The notes: generated from the letters alone by a model not told the origin. A DNA stretch of 64,000 nt from Oscillospiraceae bacterium (GCA_021200775.1 JAJQGB010000016.1:191575-255574), one strand, 5' to 3'; positions 15,913 through 25,401 are shown, numbered from the stretch's first letter. Numbers and translations are program-made.

Positions 15913-18477
15913 ATGAAGTATTTTGACGCTCTCCCACAGCTCGTCGCAGACGAGCTTATGAAGCGTGGCGTCAATCCTGAGAAGCTTCTCTATTGCGTAA
16001 AGGCTGACCTTGACGGCGAAGGAAAATATTTCGACGTCTATGTCACTTTCGACGACAAAGAACTCTACATAATCAGCGGTTATGAGGAGTACCGCCAGGC
16101 GACAACAAAGGAAGAGATTGAAGAAAAGATGCGTGGCGTTCCCGTCATCAAAAAGTTCTTCAAGACTGCTCCTGCAAAGGAGATGGTCTCATACCGCGTT
16201 GAGGACTATCAGGAATACGAAATCTCAAAGATAAAGAATATCTATGTCGACCGCCATCAGAATACGGCAAGGCTGGTTTTAGGAATGTTGCGTGACGGTG
16301 AAGTCGAGGACTTCTCCCAGCCTCATGGCGAGCACGAACATCACGGACACCATCCGATGGGTGCTAGACCGGATAGCGGACGACCTCCGATGGGACCTCC
16401 TCCCGGAGGATCGGGCGGACCGGGTGGACCGGGCGGACCGGGCGGACCTCCTCCGGAAGGCGGCTTCGGTGGACCGAGCTTCGGCTGGTCTCCGAGCGAG
16501 TATGAGCACGACAGAGAGAATATCCTGATTGCCAGATTCTCAATCGGCTATTGCGAGAAATTCGAGCGCTTCTGCGAGCGCCTCAATATGACTCACAGGC
16601 ATGAGGAGATTGACGACACCCTTCTCGACAGTAAGAACACCGTCTGCCCCATCTGCCATCAGCCATACCCGAACCCGAATCGCCCGGTATGTCCTCGGTG
16701 TGTCGACAAGCGCTCAATATTCGGCAAGCTGATGGGTCTCTTCAAGGACTTCAAGGTCGAGATAACACTTATAATGCTCTCGATACTCCTGTCAAACATC
16801 ATGGCGATAGTTTCACCGTGGTTCAGCTCGAAAATGCTCTATGACGATGTACTGAGCGAATCTGGAAGATTCTATGGTCAGGTTCTTCTGATAGTCCTTC
16901 TTATGCTTCTTACGAATATCCTGAGCAAGCTGACAGGTCTGTTTTCAGGAATCGTAACCGCAAAAGTCGTTCCTCACGTAACGCATACTCTTCGTTCAAA
17001 GATTTATGCTTCGATGAACAATCTGTCACTCCAGTTCTTCACGAGCAAACAGACTGGTTCGCTTATGTCGAGAGTCGACAGGGACAGCAACAATGTCTAC
17101 AGCTTCTTTGTAGATATCGTGCCTTACGGAATTGCGAATATCGTAAAATTAGTCGGTATCGGAGCTATAATGATGTTCCTCAGTCCTATTCTGACGATGG
17201 GACTTGTCATCCTGCTTGTTATCCTTCTTTTTGCCGACAATTTCCTCTACAAAAAGCAGAGAAAGCTCTACCGAAAACTCGACGTTGCAATGAGAAGCCT
17301 TAACTCCGTTCTTTCGGACGTCATGAACGGTCAGCGTGTTGTAAAATCCTTCGCCAAAGAGCAGAAGGAGCGCGACCGCTACAGAAAGAAGAATAAGGAC
17401 GCCTACGAAGTCAACGACCGAATCAACCACAGAGTCACCAACACAATTCCGTTTGTCTGGGGGTGCTATAATCTTCTCAGTATCGGTCTTTTCTGCCTCG
17501 GATGCTTCCTGATAGTCATGCAGGTCGAAGTCGGCGGAACAGTATTTACCTATGGTGTACTCACCGGACTCATTTCCTACACGGGGATGTTATACGACCC
17601 TATCGATTTCTTCATGTGGATAGGCGACAGATGGGCTCGTTGCGTCGACGTCGCTTCGAGAATGTTTGAAATCCTTGAATCAAAGCCGACAGTAGTCGAA
17701 GACCCGAACCCGGTAAGACTTGAACATCTTGACGGCGATATCGAGTTCAGAAACGTATTCTTCGAGTACGAAGCCGGACACCGGATCCTCAAAAACGTGT
17801 CCTTCAAGGTTACAGCCGGTCACATGTTCGGAATCGTCGGCAAGACAGGAGCGGGCAAGTCAACCATTATAAACCTTATGGCTAGACTCTATGACGTGAC
17901 CTCCGGCGAGATTCTTATAAACGGCGTGCCTATAAAGAAGATAGCAACTGAAGATTTGCGACGGTGCATAGGCATAGTTTCTCAGGAAACCTATATCTTC
18001 GTCGGCTCCGTTGCTGACAACATCCGCTACGCACGACCCAACGCCACAATGGAAGAGGTTATCGAGGCGGCGAAGTCTGCAAACGCCCACGAGTTCATAA
18101 CAAAGCTTCCCGACGGCTACAATACGAAAATCGGCTCCGGTGGAGTAACTCTCTCCGGCGGCGAGAAGCAGAGAATTTCTATTGCCCGTGCCATAATCCA
18201 GGACCCTGATATCCTGATTCTTGACGAAGCAACCGCTTCTATGGATACAAGAACCGAGCGAAAGATTCAGGTCGCAATCGACAGCTTGAAAGAGGGAAGA
18301 ACCATCATCTCAATCGCCCACAGACTCTCGACTCTTCGTGATGCCGACATGCTCTGCGTCATCGAAAATGGCGAGGTCAAGGAAATGGGAACCCACGATA
18401 AGCTCATCCGTGAAAAGGGCAAGTACTTCGAGCTATATATGCTACAGGCAGACGCTCTGAAGTTCATCGAAGACTGA
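15913..18477 (+). CDS. ABC exporter (permease+ATPase) with an approximately 290-aa N-terminal cytoplasmic domain, low-complexity linker and zinc ribbon
   Basis: CPICHQPYPNPNRPVCPRC zinc ribbon, 6-TM ABC exporter domain, Walker A GKTGAGKST, LSGGEKQR, ILILDEATASMD. I prefer the start at 15913 (RBS GGAAGGTG). Confidence 0.85.
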   Translation: MKYFDALPQLVADELMKRGVNPEKLLYCVKADLDGEGKYFDVYVTFDDKELYIISGYEEYRQATTKEEIEEKMRGVPVIKKFFKTAPAKEMVSYRVEDYQEYEISKIKNIYVDRHQNTARLVLGMLRDGEVEDFSQPHGEHEHHGHHPMGARPDSGRPPMGPPPGGSGGPGGPGGPGGPPPEGGFGGPSFGWSPSEYEHDRENILIARFSIGYCEKFERFCERLNMTHRHEEIDDTLLDSKNTVCPICHQPYPNPNRPVCPRCVDKRSIFGKLMGLFKDFKVEITLIMLSILLSNIMAIVSPWFSSKMLYDDVLSESGRFYGQVLLIVLLMLLTNILSKLTGLFSGIVTAKVVPHVTHTLRSKIYASMNNLSLQFFTSKQTGSLMSRVDRDSNNVYSFFVDIVPYGIANIVKLVGIGAIMMFLSPILTMGLVILLVILLFADNFLYKKQRKLYRKLDVAMRSLNSVLSDVMNGQRVVKSFAKEQKERDRYRKKNKDAYEVNDRINHRVTNTIPFVWGCYNLLSIGLFCLGCFLIVMQVEVGGTVFTYGVLTGLISYTGMLYDPIDFFMWIGDRWARCVDVASRMFEILESKPTVVEDPNPVRLEHLDGDIEFRNVFFEYEAGHRILKNVSFKVTAGHMFGIVGKTGAGKSTIINLMARLYDVTSGEILINGVPIKKIATEDLRRCIGIVSQETYIFVGSVADNIRYARPNATMEEVIEAAKSANAHEFITKLPDGYNTKIGSGGVTLSGGEKQRISIARAIIQDPDILILDEATASMDTRTERKIQVAIDSLKEGRTIISIAHRLSTLRDADMLCVIENGEVKEMGTHDKLIREKGKYFELYMLQADALKFIED

Positions 18478-18493
18478 GAAAGGAGATATGAAA

Positions 18494-19036
18494 ATGGCTA
18501 ACAAAACTGAATATGTCCCCGAAAAGTTTGAAGTAGACAAACTGGAGCTTCTTGATTGCTCTAAGCTCGACTTCTACCGTGACGATGCGGGATTCATTTC
18601 ACTCAAATATGAAGGTCAGGAGTATTTCAACGTCAGGCTCACAAGGCTTATGCCGTTCTACTCCGCCACCACCTACATAAGTGTCGCCTATGACAACGAA
18701 GATAAGGAATTCAAAGAGATTGGCGTAATCAAGGATATGAAGGAACTCTCAGAAGAGCAGTACAAGCTCGTCGACGAGTATCTCGAATACAAGTACTTCA
18801 TGCCGGAGATTACAAAAGTCTATTCAATCAAGGACAACTCCCGCGGCTTCATCTTTGTAGACATCGACACCACCGCCGGCAGAAAGACTATCTGCATCCG
18901 TGACTGGTACTCAAACTTCCGCATGTTCACCGACAAGTATCTCTATGCCAACGACGTTGACGGCAACAAGTACTGCTGTAACGACATAAATAAGCTTGAC
19001 AAGAAGAGCTTGTCTATCCTCGAAATCTATATCTAA
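18494..19036 (+). CDS. DUF1854-like protein located between the two ABC genes
   Basis: About 180-aa soluble protein (LELLDCSKLDFYRDDAGFISLKYEGQEYFNVRLTRLMPF...). The family call is from memory of this gene context. ATG 18494 has better SD spacing than 18488. Confidence 0.5.
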   Translation: MANKTEYVPEKFEVDKLELLDCSKLDFYRDDAGFISLKYEGQEYFNVRLTRLMPFYSATTYISVAYDNEDKEFKEIGVIKDMKELSEEQYKLVDEYLEYKYFMPEITKVYSIKDNSRGFIFVDIDTTAGRKTICIRDWYSNFRMFTDKYLYANDVDGNKYCCNDINKLDKKSLSILEIYI

Positions 19037-19267
19037 CGAAATGGGGGATTAACTACGAATCTACTTATTTCCGCACCGGAAGGGAAGACATTAGACGACT
19101 TCGTCTTCTCAATTCCCTTTAACCTATACGACAAGGCTGAGAAGGTCGATGGACATCTTTGCGTCACTCATGATGACATATTTGTCTATATCGGCTCCGA
19201 AATCAAGGAGAGTTTTCCGATTAAGGCGTATGAAGAATATGCCTGCGAACAGCTCGTCGGATGCTCG

Positions 19268-21307
19268 ATGATGGTCGGACGCCACGATGACACCGACGAC
19301 AAGTGCATCTGCTCCTTCACTCAGGACAACTTCATCGCTTTTGCCGAGCTTTGTAAGCTCTTGAACCATTATCTGACAACCGGTCTCTTTATCGAAAAGA
19401 GCACCATCGACGAGCCTAAGTGTCCGAAGTGTGGTCTTCCTCTTGACGGCTACAGCGAGTGCCCATACTGCGCTTCCAAAGTAAAAGTCTTCATGAAGAT
19501 TTTTAAGAGAGTCGGTCCCTACAAAAAGGCATTCGGAATCGCAATCCTCTGCACGATTATAACCGAAATCATCGAGGTTATAAAGCCATACATAAACCGC
19601 TATATCATCGACGATTACGTCATCCCCGTTCAGGACGGAACCCTGTCCACAGGAGACGTCAGTATGAGTGGTTTTGCGCTTCTTTGCGTCTTCCTCTTCA
19701 TATCGGTTATAATCACGACAATCCTCGACCGGATAAACCTTAAAAACAGCTACTATGTTTCTCTGAATCTCGGACAGGATTTGCGTCAGGACGTCTTCGA
19801 CAAGACACTCGATTTGTCGATGTCATCAGTTTCCAAGAAGACTGCCGGCGAGCTCATCTCCCGTGTTTCGAACGACGCAAACAAAATCCAGAGCTTCATC
19901 ACCGATAACGGCAAGAACGCAGTTGTCAGAATTCTCTCGCTTGTCATAGTTGCGATAATCCTCTTCGTGATGAACTGGCGGCTTGCTTTGATGGTCATAC
20001 TCCCTCTTCCGTTCGTGGCAATTCTTGTAAAGAAAATCGGCGACATCATGCATAAGTACTTCAGCCGCTCCTGGAGATTCTCGAACGCCCATTCAAGGCT
20101 CCTTCACGACACACTTAACGGAATCCGTGTCGTAAAATCCTGCGGAACCGAGAAAGCCGAAGCCAAGAAGTATGAAAAAGCCTCCGGTGCATGGGCAAAA
20201 GCCGCATCAAAGGCTGAAGTCGTTTGGAATTTACTCAATCCTATCTCCGATTTTGTTCTGGTCATAGGAAACTATTTTGTCGTCTTCTTCGGAGCAAGAA
20301 TGGTTCTGGGACTCATGCCCCAGTGGGGAACAATGACTCTAGGAGAACTCACCCAGTTTACATCATACGTAAGTATGCTCTATACGCCGCTTCGCTGGCT
20401 TATCCAGCTTCCGAAATCGATTGCCGATGTCTCCGTCAGTGCATCCAAGGTCTTCGAGATTCTTGAAGAAGAGACCGACGTCCGGGACAGCTCCGACTGC
20501 GTCGACCTTGACATCCAAGGCGATATCGAATTCGACCATGTCTACTTCGGTTATAAGGTCTATAATCCTGTTCTCAAAGACATCAGTTGTAAGCTCGAAA
20601 AGGGCAAGATGTACGGCATTGTAGGACATTCCGGCGTCGGCAAGTCCACGATGATAAACCTGATTTTAAGGCTCTATGACGTGACCCAGGGCGAAATCAG
20701 GATTGACGGCGTCAATATCAAGGACATTTCCCAGCAGAGCCTTCGCTCGCAGGTCGGCGTTGTTTTGCAGGAGACTTACCTGTTTGAAGGAAGCGTCCTC
20801 GACAACATCACCTATGCCAAGCCTGACGCCACTTTTGAAGAGGTTGTCCAGGCGGCAAAGGTTGCTCACGCCCACGAGTTCATAACCAAGCTCCCCGACG
20901 GCTACAACACCCGAGTCGGAAGCAAGGGCTACACTCTCTCCGGCGGCGAACGCCAGAGAATAGCGATTTCCAGAGCAATCCTCCACGACCCGAAGATTAT
21001 AATCCTCGATGAAGCGACAGCATCTCTTGATACCGAGACCGAGCGCCAGATTCAAGAAGGCTTGAACGAGCTCTGCAAAGGCAGAACGACGATTGCCATC
21101 GCCCACCGTCTCTCGACTCTCTCCCACGCCGACCAGCTTATAGTTCTGAATAAGGGTCGCCTCGCCGAAATGGGCACCCACGACGAGCTCATGCGCAAGC
21201 AGGGCGTCTACTACTCCCTCGTAATGGCACAGAGACAGACCACTAAGATGAAGAAGGTCAATCAGCCAGCTACCATCACCGGTCAGCTTGCGGAGGCAAC
21301 AAAGTAA
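19268..21307 (+). CDS. ABC exporter (permease+ATPase), second subunit; the first-ATG model is N-terminally truncated
   Basis: CPKCGLPLDGYSECPYC zinc ribbon, TM domain, GHSGVGKST, LSGGERQR, IIILDEATASLD. The frame is open back to 19037 and that stretch encodes homology to the N-terminus of the first ABC protein (see finding). Confidence 0.8.
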   Translation: MMVGRHDDTDDKCICSFTQDNFIAFAELCKLLNHYLTTGLFIEKSTIDEPKCPKCGLPLDGYSECPYCASKVKVFMKIFKRVGPYKKAFGIAILCTIITEIIEVIKPYINRYIIDDYVIPVQDGTLSTGDVSMSGFALLCVFLFISVIITTILDRINLKNSYYVSLNLGQDLRQDVFDKTLDLSMSSVSKKTAGELISRVSNDANKIQSFITDNGKNAVVRILSLVIVAIILFVMNWRLALMVILPLPFVAILVKKIGDIMHKYFSRSWRFSNAHSRLLHDTLNGIRVVKSCGTEKAEAKKYEKASGAWAKAASKAEVVWNLLNPISDFVLVIGNYFVVFFGARMVLGLMPQWGTMTLGELTQFTSYVSMLYTPLRWLIQLPKSIADVSVSASKVFEILEEETDVRDSSDCVDLDIQGDIEFDHVYFGYKVYNPVLKDISCKLEKGKMYGIVGHSGVGKSTMINLILRLYDVTQGEIRIDGVNIKDISQQSLRSQVGVVLQETYLFEGSVLDNITYAKPDATFEEVVQAAKVAHAHEFITKLPDGYNTRVGSKGYTLSGGERQRIAISRAILHDPKIIILDEATASLDTETERQIQEGLNELCKGRTTIAIAHRLSTLSHADQLIVLNKGRLAEMGTHDELMRKQGVYYSLVMAQRQTTKMKKVNQPATITGQLAEATK

Positions 21308-22137
21308 TGCCCATCCTGAAAGTCACAACTCTTGACGACCCAAGCCTCAAAATCTACACCAGCCTCACCCAATCCCAGCTTCGCAATCGGTTGGAGCCTG
21401 AAAAGGGCATATTCATCGCCGAGAGCCCGAAGGTTATCGGGACGGCGCTTGACTGCGGTTATGAGCCGATGTCGATGCTCACTGAGGAACGGCACATAAA
21501 CGGCGACGCAAGGGAAGTTATCGCCAGATGTGGCGATATCCCTGTCTACACGGCGGATAGGGAACTGCTCAGCAGTCTCACCGGCTACGAGCTCACCCGA
21601 GGTGTACTCTGCTCTTTCCGAAGACCCTTGCCGAAGACTCCCGAAGAGGTGACTCACGGCTCTTCAAGAATCGTAGTTCTCGAAGACATTGCTGACTCAA
21701 CCAACATCGGTGCAATCTTTCGTTCAGCGGCGGCTCTGGGAATTGATGCGGTGCTTATAACCCCGTCCTGCTGTGACCCACTTTGCCGTCGGGCAATAAG
21801 AGTCAGTATGGGAACGGTATTTCAGATTCCCTGGGCGCAGATTGGTGAGGATTATGCCGACTGGCACCAAAACGGCGCCGATTTACTTAGAAATCTTGGC
21901 TTCAAATCCGCCGCAATGGCACTCTCGGACGACTCAATCAGCGTCGATAATCCGGTTCTGAAGTCAGAGCCAAGACTTGCCATAGTCTTAGGTACGGAGG
22001 GAGACGGACTCGCCAAGCACACAATCGCCACCTGCGACTATACAGTAAAAATCCCGATGCAAAACGGCGTCGATTCGCTGAACGTAGCTTCAGCCGCCGC
22101 ACTTGCTTTCTGGGAAACAAGACCAAAGAATAAATAA
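21307..22137 (+). CDS. TrmH/SpoU-family RNA 2'-O-methyltransferase
   Basis: VVLEDIADSTNIGAIFRSAAALG and LGTEGDGL...IPMQNGVDSLNVASAAALAF, the SPOUT motifs. Confidence 0.85.
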   Translation: MPILKVTTLDDPSLKIYTSLTQSQLRNRLEPEKGIFIAESPKVIGTALDCGYEPMSMLTEERHINGDAREVIARCGDIPVYTADRELLSSLTGYELTRGVLCSFRRPLPKTPEEVTHGSSRIVVLEDIADSTNIGAIFRSAAALGIDAVLITPSCCDPLCRRAIRVSMGTVFQIPWAQIGEDYADWHQNGADLLRNLGFKSAAMALSDDSISVDNPVLKSEPRLAIVLGTEGDGLAKHTIATCDYTVKIPMQNGVDSLNVASAAALAFWETRPKNK

Positions 22138-22142
22138 AAAAG

Positions 22143-22173
22143 TCCCACAAGCTGAGAATTTCAGCCTGTGGGA
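22143..22173. terminator. bidirectional terminator hairpin between convergent trmH-like and GH9 genes
   Basis: 13-bp stem TCCCACAAGCTGA / TCAGCCTGTGGGA with 1 mismatch, flanked by an A-run and a T-rich tract. Confidence 0.65.
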
Positions 22174-22182
22174 TTTATTATG

Positions 22183-23802
22183 TCAGTTCAAGAGATACGC
22201 CGCCACGAATACCGCCGGAGAATTCCAATATATCGTGACCTCGTTGACGGAATACAAATCTGCTTCGTCTGCAAAGCTCTTCATCGGCGGTGTGCCTTTC
22301 GGAATGTACCGGTGCGCTATTTCTTCAACCGGTCGGCGGTTGGCTCCGCCACTTACCATCCCGGGTATGCACTCGTCGATGCCGTCTGCCGCCGCAGGAC
22401 GCAGATGAGGATGCCTGATAGCTCTTTCGCCATTACCGGAAACATAGCTCATCCCGACGGCATTTACTCCCATCAGAACGTCAAACTGCCGTTTTGCATA
22501 GACGCCGAACTCGTGCGTACCGCCTTCGGCGGAACACAATGTATCGCAAACAGCAAAAACCATTCCGTGCTTCATGAGATTCATGTTGCTTCCCCAGCCG
22601 TAGTCCCGTTCGTCCATCGCCGCCATGTAGCCGCTTCGGTCGGCAAGCCATCTGAGCCGGTGTGCCTGACTTACAAACATTGACTTGAACGCCTCGGCAA
22701 GCTTATCATCTTCGGGAACTCTTCCGCTCGTGAGATACCCGAGAGCCCCAAGTCCGCCAATAGACCCGATGCCAAACTCGGTTCTCGGGAAGTCGTACAC
22801 AAGAAGTTCTTTCGCTTTTTCAAGATACTTTGCATCGCCGGTTGCCGCAAACATCTCCGAGTAAGCCCAGAAGCGGTTGTCCTTGTCTCCGCCTTCGCCG
22901 TAGCCGCCCGTTCCGCAACCTTCGGGATTCCGGAATCCGATAAACTGCGGATTCTCGTCCAGCCATTCAAGCGAAAGCTTTGCGGTATCAAGTAGCTTTT
23001 CTGCATACTCGGAATCGAATTCTTTGTAAACTCTGTACCCGAGCACACAGACCGCCGCCAGGTCGGCAGTCGCCATCGACGACACCGGAAGAAGATAGAG
23101 CGGATTCAAATCATTTTCCGGCATAACAAACCGTGCATGTTGAGCCGTCGATACTTTGTGATAAACCGACCCATCCGCCTTCTGCATCTTCATCAGCCAG
23201 TCGAGCTCGTACTTGACCTCCGACAGAAAATCCGGCATCCCATTCCCACTTTCCGGAATGTTCAGATTGAGCTTCCCGAGTGCGTTTGGATAGAGAATAT
23301 AGGCATACAGAAGCTGTGCCGCCGCACAAGCTCCCGGGGTGACGTATCTTCCGTAATCACCGGCATCGTGCCATCCTCCCGAAACGTCTTTCTTGACGCT
23401 GTGGTCGAACCATTCGGACGCCACCGAAGTGTGGCAAGCCCCATGCGTAAACTTCCCCGCATGTTGGGAATCCAACATGCATCCGCACCGGAAATAGTAG
23501 TAAGCCCGAACCAAGTCCCGAAGCGTCTTGTCAAGTGCGTTCCTGCCTATCTTAAATAGTGGGGAAGAAGCCTCGCCGGCAACAATTCGGTATTCGCCAT
23601 CAGTCTGTAGCTCCGAGAAATCCGCTTTCCAGACTGTATCGCCTGAATTATCATCAAACCCGAATTTCATGCATTTGCCTTCAAAAACAGCATTGCCGTT
23701 GACATCTATTACTTTAAATGTCTCCGCTGGAAATGGGATTATAGCTATTTTCTCACTTTCCGGGAGATATCCCACCTGATTAACGTGTATCATATCAGCC
23801 AT
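22183..23802 (-). CDS. glycoside hydrolase family 9 with N-terminal Ig-like (CelD_N) domain; no signal peptide
   Basis: IHVNQVGYLPESEKIAI, GGWHDAGDYGRY, SYVSGNGERAIRHPH and YSVNEVTIYWNSP. I prefer the start at 23802 (RBS GAGGAA). Confidence 0.85.
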   Translation of the reverse strand: MADMIHVNQVGYLPESEKIAIIPFPAETFKVIDVNGNAVFEGKCMKFGFDDNSGDTVWKADFSELQTDGEYRIVAGEASSPLFKIGRNALDKTLRDLVRAYYYFRCGCMLDSQHAGKFTHGACHTSVASEWFDHSVKKDVSGGWHDAGDYGRYVTPGACAAAQLLYAYILYPNALGKLNLNIPESGNGMPDFLSEVKYELDWLMKMQKADGSVYHKVSTAQHARFVMPENDLNPLYLLPVSSMATADLAAVCVLGYRVYKEFDSEYAEKLLDTAKLSLEWLDENPQFIGFRNPEGCGTGGYGEGGDKDNRFWAYSEMFAATGDAKYLEKAKELLVYDFPRTEFGIGSIGGLGALGYLTSGRVPEDDKLAEAFKSMFVSQAHRLRWLADRSGYMAAMDERDYGWGSNMNLMKHGMVFAVCDTLCSAEGGTHEFGVYAKRQFDVLMGVNAVGMSYVSGNGERAIRHPHLRPAAADGIDECIPGMVSGGANRRPVEEIAHRYIPKGTPPMKSFADEADLYSVNEVTIYWNSPAVFVAAYLLN

Positions 23803-24790
23803 TAAGTGCTTCCTCGATAGCATTGTTCTCATCCTCGCTGAAATCGAGCTTATTTATCGCCGCAACGTCCTCCTCGACCTGCGAGAACCTGCTTGCGCCG
23901 ATAATGACGGTTGCAACGGCAGGATTCTTCAGAACCCATGAAAGTGCCATCTGTGACATGCTCTGACCGCGGCTCTCAGCGATTTCTTCGAGTCTCTGGA
24001 GCTTTACTATAGTTTTTTCGTCAAGCTGTCTGCCTAAGTACGAGTCACCCTTGCCGATTCTCGAATCAGTAGGGATATTTTTATTGTATTTTCCGCTCAG
24101 AAGTCCCTGAGAAAGGGGAGAATATACCGCCAGTCCGACGCCATTCTCAATCGCCCACTTATCGAGCCCGTCGTTCTCAATCCAGCGGTTAATCATCGAG
24201 TAGGAAATCTGGTTGACGATAAACGGCGTGCCGAGCTCTCTTAAAGCAGATGTAATCTCCTCCGCCTGCGATCTCGAATAATTGGAGATGCCGGCATATA
24301 GCGCCTTGCCCTGCCTTACAGCCGTATCGAGTGCCATTGCAGTCTCATAAACCGGAGTTTCCGGGTCGGGGACATGGTGATAGTAGATATCGACATAGTC
24401 GAGCCCCATTCTCTTGAGACTCTGGTCGAGAGAAGCCAGAAGATATTTCCGTGAGCCGTTTCTGTCACCATAAGGTCCTGCCCACATCTCAAAGCCTGCC
24501 TTTGTCGCAACGACAATTTCGTCACGGTGAGGTTTCAGGTTATTAGCATAAATCTTCCCGAAATTCTCCTCGGCTCTGCCGTTATTCGGGTTTCCATAGT
24601 TATTCGCAAGGTCAAAATAGGTGATGCCTTTGTCAAAAGCTCCGAGAGTAATCTCCTCCATCACGGAATAGGGATTCTCGCCGCCAAAATTTCTCCAGAA
24701 TCCAAGCGAAATTGCCGGAAGCTTCAAGCCGCTTTTACCGCACCTGCGGTAGGGCGTATTGTCATATCTGTGTTCATCAGGTGTGTACAT
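23795..24790 (-). CDS. aldo/keto reductase (YghZ / L-glyceraldehyde-3-phosphate reductase-like)
   Basis: YRRCGKSGLKLPAISLGFW, FDLANNYG, VDIYYHH, and 331 aa. Confidence 0.85.
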   Translation of the reverse strand: MYTPDEHRYDNTPYRRCGKSGLKLPAISLGFWRNFGGENPYSVMEEITLGAFDKGITYFDLANNYGNPNNGRAEENFGKIYANNLKPHRDEIVVATKAGFEMWAGPYGDRNGSRKYLLASLDQSLKRMGLDYVDIYYHHVPDPETPVYETAMALDTAVRQGKALYAGISNYSRSQAEEITSALRELGTPFIVNQISYSMINRWIENDGLDKWAIENGVGLAVYSPLSQGLLSGKYNKNIPTDSRIGKGDSYLGRQLDEKTIVKLQRLEEIAESRGQSMSQMALSWVLKNPAVATVIIGASRFSQVEEDVAAINKLDFSEDENNAIEEALNG

Positions 24791-24975
24791 ATAAAATGGC
24801 TCCTTTCAGTGCTCTTATAATAAAAGTATAATACCGGAAGTAAGGATAAATGTCAATGAGCAATTTTTGCATCACTTGTTTGACTTTTCGGCAAAATCTA
24901 TGAAAATAATGATGTGTGTTTTCTAACACCTCTGAGGTATCTAAAAACTTTATATAAGATTTTTTCTAAAATACC

Positions 24976-25004
24976 TTGACAGACAAGGTAACATGTGATA
25001 TAAT
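24976..25004 (+). promoter_or_regulatory. promoter of the PadR operon
   Basis: TTGACA (24976-24981), 17 nt, TATAAT (24999-25004). The track ORF start at 24976 is actually the -35 box. Confidence 0.65.
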
Positions 25005-25035
25005 GCAATCAGAAAGAGTAAAGGAGGCGGATAAA

Positions 25036-25401
25036 TTGTCGGTAGCATCTGAACTTATAAGAGGGCGAGTTGACGCAGTAATTCTGGCAAACCTCATGCA
25101 GGGCGACAGCTACGGTTACGAAATCAACAAAAGCATTCTAAGAAAATCGTCCGGGATGTACGAGCTGAATGAAGCCACGCTCTACACCGCTTTCAAAAAG
25201 CTTCTCGACAGCGGATATATCACCTCGTACTGGGGAGATTCCGAATCGGGAGCCAGAAGAAAATACTACCACATAACCCCGCTCGGCAGGGAAACCTACT
25301 TCAGGATGACCGACGAGTGGATAGAAGCCAAAAACATCATGGACAGGATATTATCCGTCAGCGGAGAGGGCTTAGAAAAAGACGAGGAGGCACAGCTATG
25401 A
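25036..25401 (+). CDS. PadR family transcriptional regulator
   Basis: VDAVILANLMQGDSYGYEINKSI...RRKYYHITPLGRE. TTG start at 25036 lies 8 nt after AAGGAGG. Confidence 0.8.
   Translation: MSVASELIRGRVDAVILANLMQGDSYGYEINKSILRKSSGMYELNEATLYTAFKKLLDSGYITSYWGDSESGARRKYYHITPLGRETYFRMTDEWIEAKNIMDRILSVSGEGLEKDEEAQL

Noticed and set aside
16414-16449. Short tandem repeats as possible CRISPR or minisatellite (also 49174-49197)
   Set aside because: The units are 8-9 nt with no spacers. One is an in-frame coding repeat and the other sits next to a promoter. Neither is a CRISPR array.
20666-21181. 171-aa minus-strand ORF, and similar long antisense ORFs (5337-5954 +, 22168-22683 +, 54101-54619 +, 30356-30838 -, 41596-42066 -)
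   Set aside because: Each lies inside a gene with strong family motifs on the other strand. None has an SD sequence or recognisable domain.
22183-23802. GH9 and GH31 lacking signal peptides as an anomaly
   Set aside because: Intracellular GH9 and GH31 enzymes acting on imported oligosaccharides are common in Clostridia. This is not unusual.
24826-24890. 16-codon ORF (MSMSNFCITCLTFRQNL) behind a GGAAGTAAGGA-like SD in the aldo-keto reductase / PadR intergenic region
   Set aside because: It is very short, no promoter or terminator brackets it, and it shows no structure or repeat. It is indistinguishable from chance.
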